Made by a program: the position numbers and the translations under genes. Source: a virus. From it: a DNA stretch of 64,000 nucleotides. Numbering within the stretch: the stretch's first letter is position 1; every line of letters starts with the position of its first letter. The stretch covers positions 1-64,000 of IMG/VR virus record IMGVR_UViG_3300044511_000013. One strand, 5' to 3'. Under the pieces are notes generated by a model. The model ran no database searches, was not told the origin of the DNA, and was given only the letters and a program-made list of their open reading frames with translations. Below, piece by piece: positions 29,574 to 36,972 of this stretch.

Positions 29574-31009
29574 CCCGCCGCCACCAGTCGACCACCTTGC
29601 GTGCCATCCCACACCTGCCAGCCTCGATCGGCGAGGTGCTTGACCTCCTCGAAGGCACGCCGGTTCACGCTCGAATACACCGGGTCCCGTGACTCCTCGA
29701 CCACGCTCTCGGGCACATAGCGCCCGCCAAGGGGCGTCAACAGCGAGTCCATGTAGCGCTTCCTGATCCGCTGCTTCGACACCTCCACCGGCACGTCCAT
29801 GAACAACAACCGGAGCTTGTACTTCGGGCCGTTGTCATCGAGGAGCGGCTTGAGCCGCTTGTGAACCTGGCCGGGGTTGCTCATGGTGATGTCCCAGATG
29901 AAGTTCACACCAACCTCGCTGGCTGCGTCAGCGAGCCTCTTGGACAAGTCGGCAGCCTCCTCGTGGTACAGCTCGGCCAGCTCCATGGGCTTGAAGTAGT
30001 CAAGCTCCTCGAACTCATCGGGCAGCCCCGCTCGCTCCGCCAAGATGACCTTGAGGTCGTCGTTGCTGATGTTGAGGTACAGCTCCTTGGGCAGCCCCGC
30101 CCTCGGGTCCTTGAGCATCGTTGACTTCCCGGCACCAGGCAGGCCACCGGTCATGGCCACCTCGGCCTGGCGAGGCACGTTGGCGGCTTCCGCCATGATC
30201 TCGTCGATGATCTCGTCGTGGAGCTTGCGGCGCTCAGCGATGTAGCCACCGGTCTCGGGGTCGGTGTAGTACCCCTTCGTGTCGAGTCCGGCGTCCATGT
30301 AGCGCTTGTTGGTTGCGGTCACGAGTTCGAGGTGATCCAGGACCGCCTCGGTCAGCTCGCCAGTGGCGTCGTAGTGCGCCACGGCCTCCTTCACCCACGG
30401 CTCATCGTTGGTCCACGGTTCGACGGGCCTGCCGGGCTTCGAGGTAACCCGGCTGAGTGCGTGGGATGCGGTCGGTGGGGTCTTCCCCCGTGACGGCACC
30501 TTGACGTACTGATTCCCACGGAAGGGATGACCCTCGAAGTCACCCTTGGCCAGGTCGTCGGCGTCGAGGTACTCACGGTGCCCCGAACCGCCGACCGAGA
30601 AGCCCTTGTAGCGCCCCGACTTGACCTCTTGCCACACCCGGTCGTCCCGGACCTTGAAGCCGACCCACCAGGCCATCGGCAGCGTGCCGTCGGGCACGCC
30701 CATCTTGGCCAACTTCTCCGGTGTGAAGGCCATGGACTCCACCAGGTCGGCCACCGGCACGTCGTAGTGCATCTCGTCGCCGAGGCGTGACTCCAGAGCG
30801 AAGTGGTACGCCATGTCCTCCAGCTCGGCCGGGTCGTCGATGAAGTCGCCTTGCTTGTCGATGCGCAGCGAGCCGTCCGGGTTGGTCGCTCGGTAGGCCC
30901 AGCCGAACACGAGCCTGCGGTCCTCATCGAGCTTGAGCACGTCGTCAGTGGCGTCGGCGAACTCGGTCTCACCGAGCAACCGTTGACGGAGCATGGCCCG
31001 AGATGTCAT
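29570..31009 (-). CDS. XkdF-like prohead serine protease fused via tag to a zeta-toxin-like P-loop kinase
   Basis: LVFGWA..DKQGD..EMH..LVES..WWVGFKV..VKSGRYKGFSVGG; tag; GGLPGAGKS, DDLK, HEEA, DITM, GRYVP. Confidence 0.85.
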   Translation of the reverse strand: MTSRAMLRQRLLGETEFADATDDVLKLDEDRRLVFGWAYRATNPDGSLRIDKQGDFIDDPAELEDMAYHFALESRLGDEMHYDVPVADLVESMAFTPEKLAKMGVPDGTLPMAWWVGFKVRDDRVWQEVKSGRYKGFSVGGSGHREYLDADDLAKGDFEGHPFRGNQYVKVPSRGKTPPTASHALSRVTSKPGRPVEPWTNDEPWVKEAVAHYDATGELTEAVLDHLELVTATNKRYMDAGLDTKGYYTDPETGGYIAERRKLHDEIIDEIMAEAANVPRQAEVAMTGGLPGAGKSTMLKDPRAGLPKELYLNISNDDLKVILAERAGLPDEFEELDYFKPMELAELYHEEAADLSKRLADAASEVGVNFIWDITMSNPGQVHKRLKPLLDDNGPKYKLRLLFMDVPVEVSKQRIRKRYMDSLLTPLGGRYVPESVVEESRDPVYSSVNRRAFEEVKHLADRGWQVWDGTQGGRLVAAG

Positions 31010-31953
31010 TGGTCCAGTATCGCCTTGCGGAGCCGGTCACGGGCGCTCTTGGGGCCGATGTGAAACACCCGGCCGAGCGACGCATGGTGCGAGCCGGTCA
31101 CGTCGTAGGCGTTGTCTGCGTCCGAGCTGGCCTGGGCCATGGCAGGTCGCTGCCGCCGTGCCTTGAGCAGTCGGACGAGCGCAGCCAGCCGCTTGCGCAG
31201 CTCCTCGGGCAGTAGCAGCACCTTCTGTGGGCCGAAGTAGCCCCGCTGGATCAGGAAGGCGTTCTGGCCCCGCAGCTCGGTGGCCGCAGCCTTGGCGGCC
31301 TCGGTGCTGAACATCGACAAGTGAGCCTGGTAGGCGGCCTCCTCACCGTGCCGGTCGAACGCACGGCCGGTCCCGAGGTGGCCGAAGGCATCGTGCACCG
31401 CCCGGAACTTGTCATTCTGTTCGTTGGTGAGGTACGGGTGACCCCCGGTGGCCTCCGTCTTCAGAATCTTGAGCCGGTTGTGGCTAAGGAAGTCATCGAG
31501 CATCTCGGCGTAGTTCGCATACGGGTCGTCGTCGGTGTACTCGATCTTGATGCCGAGCTGATCGGTCAGGATCGAATACTGCTTGTCCAGCTCGCCGATC
31601 AGTGCCTCGTAGGCCCGCCGAACCTCTGCATCCGGCACGGCGTCCTCGGGGGCCTCCTCGTAGAACTTGGCGATGGCCTCCCGCCGCTCCGGCGTGATCG
31701 CCCGTGTAGCGCTCCAGTCACGCTGATCGCCGTGGAACTTCTTGAGGGCCTTGACCGGCGTGGCCATGACCATCTCGACGCCATCGTGCGACGTGATGGA
31801 TCGGACCTGGCCCGAGACCTTGACGTACTGATTCCCCCGGAAGGGATGACCCTCGTAGTCGCCCTTCTTGATCCGTGCGAGTTGCCGCTCGTCGTCGTCC
31901 TCACTCGTGTCGAACGGCCACACGCTGATCTCGTCCAGCCCGAGGTACTTCAT
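31006..31953 (-). CDS. tagged protein with HDxxGH putative metallohydrolase domain
   Basis: KGDYEGHPFRGNQY tag; NDKFRAVHDAFGH..FDRHGEEAAY..H..ELRGQN; ATGA overlaps. Confidence 0.7.
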   Translation of the reverse strand: MKYLGLDEISVWPFDTSEDDDERQLARIKKGDYEGHPFRGNQYVKVSGQVRSITSHDGVEMVMATPVKALKKFHGDQRDWSATRAITPERREAIAKFYEEAPEDAVPDAEVRRAYEALIGELDKQYSILTDQLGIKIEYTDDDPYANYAEMLDDFLSHNRLKILKTEATGGHPYLTNEQNDKFRAVHDAFGHLGTGRAFDRHGEEAAYQAHLSMFSTEAAKAAATELRGQNAFLIQRGYFGPQKVLLLPEELRKRLAALVRLLKARRQRPAMAQASSDADNAYDVTGSHHASLGRVFHIGPKSARDRLRKAILDQ

Positions 31954-34900
31954 GCGCTGCCTCCCGGTGCGAGTGTGGCGTCCAGGTCGGTCTCCAGCTC
32001 CTTCTCCAGGTACCAATGCCAGGAGTTCAGGCCGGTACTGACATGCCGCCACTTCCAGCCCTCCGGTGGAGGCGTCTTGGGGTGGAAGCCAGCAACCTTC
32101 TCGCTGGTGCTAGTGACGATCATCTCGTGCACCAGGCTCTTGTACGCCATCTTGAGCTTGTGGGCCACATTGAGCGGGCCTTGGAACACCGCCTTGTCGT
32201 ACTCGTTTAGCGCATACCCCATCGTGATGGCCGCCTGGGCTTCTACGGAATCGGAGGACCAGCCGCCCGTCTCGGTGAAGTGCTCCGAGGCTACCAAGGC
32301 CGGGGGCAGCAGAGCTTTCGTGGCAGGGATGCGCTCCAGGTACCACTGGTTCTGGACTATGCCGCTGCCGAGGTACCGCCACCTCCAGCCCTTCGGTGTC
32401 GCCACCTTGGTCAGATCGGGTCCGGCTGTGGTCCAGGAGGCGTGAAGTTCGTTGTAGGCATTCCACGCCGCCGCCAGCGTCATGCCCCAGTTGTCGTAGA
32501 GGTAGTTGGGGTCGACGGACCAGGCATCCGATGCCGTGTCCCATGAGCTGTAGCCGAACGTGGCCGCCGCTTTCGCCTTGGCCCCCCCGACCTTCCATCC
32601 TGACTGGGTGAGCTGACCGGTCAATGTGAGGTAGTGCGGAAGTTCGTGGGGCTTCGCAGCGCTCGGACCACTGGGATCGGGCTTCTCGGCAACCGGCCCG
32701 TCGGGGTCGTAGTCGAGGAACCACTGCCTCGCCACCAGGCCCGTACCGATGTGACGCCACGCCCAGCCTTTCGGCGTGACGAGCTGGGCAACGGCGTCTT
32801 GCTTGATCCAGCCGCCCGGCGAGTCCTCCGAGAGGTTCGTCATGGCGGTGTAGGCATCTGCAATCTCATTCGGGCTCACGTTTCCGCTCCCGTCCAGCGG
32901 TGCGTTGGGCGTGAACACCTCACTCCAGTCGGCCCAGCCGAGCGTGATCGCAGCCTTGTCCTCGTCCTCGATGGTGTGAAGCCAACCGATCTCGTCCGGG
33001 TAATCCACGTCGTCTGCCACCCACTGCCAGGCACCCGATTCGGTGATCCACTTGGGCACCTTGTCGGCAGGACCTGGCAGAAGCTGAGGATGGTCGGGTT
33101 GATCGGGTTGATCTATCGGAACCGGGTTCTCGGTGGCGATCTTGAGCCCGTAGTTATACGCCATGGCTCTGTGGGCATCTCCCGCCATGACCGACCAAGC
33201 AAACCCCGGTGGGGCGATCGGCAAGGGGTTCCCGGCCACGACGGCAACGGGGTGCACGAACTCCCCCTCCACTGTGCTGCCGTCGCCCCAGGTGATCCAG
33301 CTCCCGGCAACCGGTTGGCTCAGAGTGCTGCCGTAGCCCTCCTGGTAGTAGCTACTCACGAAGTCTTTGTGGACTTCGGAGAACTGGTTGGCGAACTCGG
33401 CGATGCTCTTGGGCGGCGAGTACGTCTTCCCGTTCCACTCGATCCCCAGCTCCTGAGCCAGCGGCTTCTCCGGGGCCTCCGGGGTCTCGGTCGAAGCCGC
33501 CAGCGCCGCTCCCATCACCGTGTCGGGGTCGGCCAACCGCTCGGGTATCTTCTGCGCCAGCCACTTGCTGTGGGAGATGTAGGGCTTGCTGGAGGTGGGC
33601 AAGGCCACGAACTCAGGACTGGTGGTCTGGACCGTGCGCCCAGGACCGGTCGAGAGGTTCGTGGGCACCAGCACCCAGTCTTGCGGCATCGCCCGGTAGT
33701 CGTCCAATGAGGCCCATTCGGTCCTGGCCCACTTGTACCCCTCGGGCGGATCGAAGTCGTACGGGTGGCCCAAGGTGTCCAGCTCGGTCGGGTGGATCAC
33801 AAAGTCGGTCCCCGGATAGGTCAAGGTGGACGCAGGCAGGTCGACTCCGGGCTTCAGGTCGGGCTTCTGAATCCACATCTTGGTACCCAACTCGTAGGTC
33901 TTGGGGACCTTGAGCTGCCATCGCATTCCTTGCACCGGCAGCAGGTTCGGTATGTCACTGCTGCACTGCTGCCACCTGTTGTCGGCGACCAGCTCGGGGT
34001 TGCGAGCCACGCCCTTCTCGGCCTGGGACCACGCTGGCGCACGGATACCCGAGGAGAGAAGGGGCCTGCTGGCCAAGCGGCTGGCCTGCGCCTCCACCGC
34101 CGACGATTGGGTCACGCCCTTGAAGGGGTCGATCACACCGACCTGGCGGATGTCGACAACCCACGCACCTGAGAACTCGCTGTTCGAGTCGTGCCTCGGC
34201 GTGATCGCAGTGACCTCGTAGCGACCGCCCGTGGCCCACTCGTGTTCGGAGACGAATGCGGGGGACTGGCCGACATCCTTCCAGTGCTGATTGAACTTGA
34301 ACGCCTTGGCTCCCGGAGCCAGCCGGAAGATGATCGAGTGCGGGTTGTTGCCCGCATAGCTACGAGCCATGGACTTCGATGTCGTGAAGCCCCAGGCAGG
34401 CACGTCGATGACCGCACCGGGAAACAGGTTGGCCTTCTCCCGGAGCGTGTCGAGGTCGGTCACGTCCCCGATCTTCAGCTTGGCCTTGCCCCGGTACAAC
34501 GGCTGCGTCGTCGGAGCGCTCACCTTGATCCGCTCCAGCATGGCCAAGGCCGGGGCCAGGTCAACCTGGTCGTACCTGAACTGGCGTACGACCGGCTTGT
34601 AGCCGGTGACCGCCTCGATGGCCTTGCGGATGGCGGTCGGGCTGCCTTGCCAACTGTGGATGGCGTAGTCGAGTGCCTTCCCTTCCGACCCGCCCCACTG
34701 CGTCTCTTGCAGCAACGCCCGGTACTGCCCCAGGCTGAGCGGCATCCCGGTCTTGTGGCTGGGGCCGTAGACCTTGAGCTTCTTAGCGGCCGCCTTCTTG
34801 GCTGCCTTCTTGGCAGTGGCCGCCCACTGGGTGAGCATGTTGCCGTCATCGAGCTGATCCCGGCCACCTCGTGAAGGCACCTTGACGTACTGATTGCCCC

Positions 34901-34958
34901 GGAACGGGTGTCCTTCGTAGTCGCCCTTCTCGAACTCGACGACCTCGGTCAGTTCCAC
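31950..34958 (-). CDS. tagged polyprotein: ADP-ribosyltransferase-like domain + Trp-rich repeats
   Basis: N-terminal tag; PLYRG..GFTTS..SEHEW (R-[ST]-ExE) triad; three repeats of about 100 aa. Confidence 0.75.
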   Translation of the reverse strand: MELTEVVEFEKGDYEGHPFRGNQYVKVPSRGGRDQLDDGNMLTQWAATAKKAAKKAAAKKLKVYGPSHKTGMPLSLGQYRALLQETQWGGSEGKALDYAIHSWQGSPTAIRKAIEAVTGYKPVVRQFRYDQVDLAPALAMLERIKVSAPTTQPLYRGKAKLKIGDVTDLDTLREKANLFPGAVIDVPAWGFTTSKSMARSYAGNNPHSIIFRLAPGAKAFKFNQHWKDVGQSPAFVSEHEWATGGRYEVTAITPRHDSNSEFSGAWVVDIRQVGVIDPFKGVTQSSAVEAQASRLASRPLLSSGIRAPAWSQAEKGVARNPELVADNRWQQCSSDIPNLLPVQGMRWQLKVPKTYELGTKMWIQKPDLKPGVDLPASTLTYPGTDFVIHPTELDTLGHPYDFDPPEGYKWARTEWASLDDYRAMPQDWVLVPTNLSTGPGRTVQTTSPEFVALPTSSKPYISHSKWLAQKIPERLADPDTVMGAALAASTETPEAPEKPLAQELGIEWNGKTYSPPKSIAEFANQFSEVHKDFVSSYYQEGYGSTLSQPVAGSWITWGDGSTVEGEFVHPVAVVAGNPLPIAPPGFAWSVMAGDAHRAMAYNYGLKIATENPVPIDQPDQPDHPQLLPGPADKVPKWITESGAWQWVADDVDYPDEIGWLHTIEDEDKAAITLGWADWSEVFTPNAPLDGSGNVSPNEIADAYTAMTNLSEDSPGGWIKQDAVAQLVTPKGWAWRHIGTGLVARQWFLDYDPDGPVAEKPDPSGPSAAKPHELPHYLTLTGQLTQSGWKVGGAKAKAAATFGYSSWDTASDAWSVDPNYLYDNWGMTLAAAWNAYNELHASWTTAGPDLTKVATPKGWRWRYLGSGIVQNQWYLERIPATKALLPPALVASEHFTETGGWSSDSVEAQAAITMGYALNEYDKAVFQGPLNVAHKLKMAYKSLVHEMIVTSTSEKVAGFHPKTPPPEGWKWRHVSTGLNSWHWYLEKELETDLDATLAPGGSA

Positions 34959-34962
34959 CAGG

Positions 34963-36972
34963 TCATTCTGGCAGGAGCCGGTCCCGAAGTGACGCTCTGC
35001 GCTCGGCGTCCTCGACGGTCTCGTCGTCCAGTGCAGGGTCGTGCGGATACCCGGAACAGGACTGCTCGAACTCGACGATGGCGATGATCTTCGGCTTCTC
35101 AGCCTTGGTCACGGGGGCATCGTGCTCGGCCATGGCCACCACCTTCGTCACCATGTTCATCATGTACGGGTTGAGCTTGCGTTCCTTGCCCTTGGTGACC
35201 TTGTACTTGTCGGCGTACATGTAGGCGAAGGTCTCGGCGAAGTGCTCCGCCCCGGAATCCTTGGCGTACTCGCTTGGGGTCGGGGCTGAATGAGCACCGG
35301 GGAACCCCAGCGACTGGTCGAGGCCCTCGTGCAGCACCGTGCCGTTGAACTGCCACAGCTCTCCGGCCTCGGGCAGCTTGAGGTTCTCGGTCAGCCACCG
35401 CTGCCTGGCTCGGTTGTAGATGGCGTGCCCCATCTCATGCAAGAGGATGCCCGACAACCCCGAGTCGGTGGCCAGCCAACCCGTCTTCATGCTCTGGTCG
35501 CTGGAGGCCGGGGAGTGCTGTGAATTGAGCCCGATCCCGTGCACAAAGCGGTACTTGGAGTCGGCTTGCTGAGCTATGCCCATCGTGGTCGCCCCGCCAC
35601 ATTCTGCGCCGAGAGTGGCGTTGTACTCCCCGAGCCGGAAGGCATCGAGGCCCCGGAGCGTCTCGGGGAAGTCCTGAGCGACCTTGCGCAGTGTCTTGGC
35701 CATCGCCTCGATGTCGGCTTCAGTGACCCCTTCGGTGGCCCCGGTCACTTGCCACCCAGGAGGCCATTTGGAGGGATCGGATTTGAGCTGAACCTTGGCG
35801 TTGGGCATGTAGCGCTGGAACTCCTGCGTCAGGCGTTTCGTCGTCGGTGAGTCGCCGCCGCTCACGTGATCAAAGAACAACTGGTTGACGTACTTCGGGT
35901 GCTTGGCCGTCTGGTGGAAGCCATGGACCCCCGGCATCGGGTTGTTCCCGGCGCTCGGCACCTTGATGTACTGGTTGCCTCTGAAGGGGTGACCGGGGTA
36001 GTCGCCCTTGATGAGCCACTCGGACGGCTTGGTCTTGCGTGCCCGCCGCCGTGCCCGCTCTGCGATGAAGTTCTCCCGCCAGGCATCGAGCGACTCTCGG
36101 GCTCGGTCCTCGGCCTCCCGCCGTTGTTCCTGGTAGGTCTTCTGGCGTGGCTTCCGCCGTCTGCCGAACAACGGGTCGATGTCCCAGTTGGGTCCCAAGC
36201 CCATCGACGGCACCTTGAGCTGCCGTGACTCCAGCACCATGCGCCAGCGTGATGCGTTCGATGGGCTGATCCCGGCCTTGAGCCAAGCCCGCTCCACCTC
36301 GTCCACGTCGACATCGAGTATCCGCCTCAGCGAACTGAGTGCCTGATCGTCGGTCATCCGGCCGTACATGAGCTTGCCTTGATTGGACGTGCGCATCGTC
36401 TCGGGCTCAACCCACGGCCCGATGCTGAAGCTGTCCTTGGTACCGCCCATCGCCCGGAAGGCCATCGCCCCACCGGACTCGATGCGCACCGGCATCCCGG
36501 CCTCGTCCACGAGCGTGTTGTCTTGCTCCAGCCCGTGCACGTCCCAGTGCGAGAGCCAAGCGTCGATCCCGAAGTCCCGAGCGGCCCGCTCCTGGAGCGT
36601 GGCGTTGCTGGCCCACTCGGAGGCGCTCGCCTGGCGGAGTCCCTCGATCTTCTTGCTGATGATGACCGGACGGCCCGAGTCGTCGTGGTCGAACCTCGTC
36701 AGAGGGAAGTGCACCCCCGCCATGCGGTAGACGATGCCCCCGGCGATCTCATTCTGCACGTGGTCTTCGCTCTTGCCCGGCTTGACCAGGTAGCGCTGGC
36801 CCTCGGCGTCCTCGTACCACTGGCCGCCTTGGCTGCCGAGCGGACCCTTGACCTTTTTCATCCGCTTGATCGTGTCGTAGCCGGGAATGCCGCCCGTGTG
36901 CTGATTGCCACGGAACGGGTGCCCCTCGGCTTCGCCCTTGAGCAACCGGTAGCGCAGGCCAACCCTTGTCAT
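34963..36972 (-). CDS. tagged polyprotein: HipA/PI3K-like kinase + HExxH metallopeptidase
   Basis: GSQGGQWY..YLVK..NE..DAWLSHWDVHG..DN..RIESG; second tag; HEMGH..EHFAETF. Confidence 0.75.
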   Translation of the reverse strand: MTRVGLRYRLLKGEAEGHPFRGNQHTGGIPGYDTIKRMKKVKGPLGSQGGQWYEDAEGQRYLVKPGKSEDHVQNEIAGGIVYRMAGVHFPLTRFDHDDSGRPVIISKKIEGLRQASASEWASNATLQERAARDFGIDAWLSHWDVHGLEQDNTLVDEAGMPVRIESGGAMAFRAMGGTKDSFSIGPWVEPETMRTSNQGKLMYGRMTDDQALSSLRRILDVDVDEVERAWLKAGISPSNASRWRMVLESRQLKVPSMGLGPNWDIDPLFGRRRKPRQKTYQEQRREAEDRARESLDAWRENFIAERARRRARKTKPSEWLIKGDYPGHPFRGNQYIKVPSAGNNPMPGVHGFHQTAKHPKYVNQLFFDHVSGGDSPTTKRLTQEFQRYMPNAKVQLKSDPSKWPPGWQVTGATEGVTEADIEAMAKTLRKVAQDFPETLRGLDAFRLGEYNATLGAECGGATTMGIAQQADSKYRFVHGIGLNSQHSPASSDQSMKTGWLATDSGLSGILLHEMGHAIYNRARQRWLTENLKLPEAGELWQFNGTVLHEGLDQSLGFPGAHSAPTPSEYAKDSGAEHFAETFAYMYADKYKVTKGKERKLNPYMMNMVTKVVAMAEHDAPVTKAEKPKIIAIVEFEQSCSGYPHDPALDDETVEDAERRASLRDRLLPE

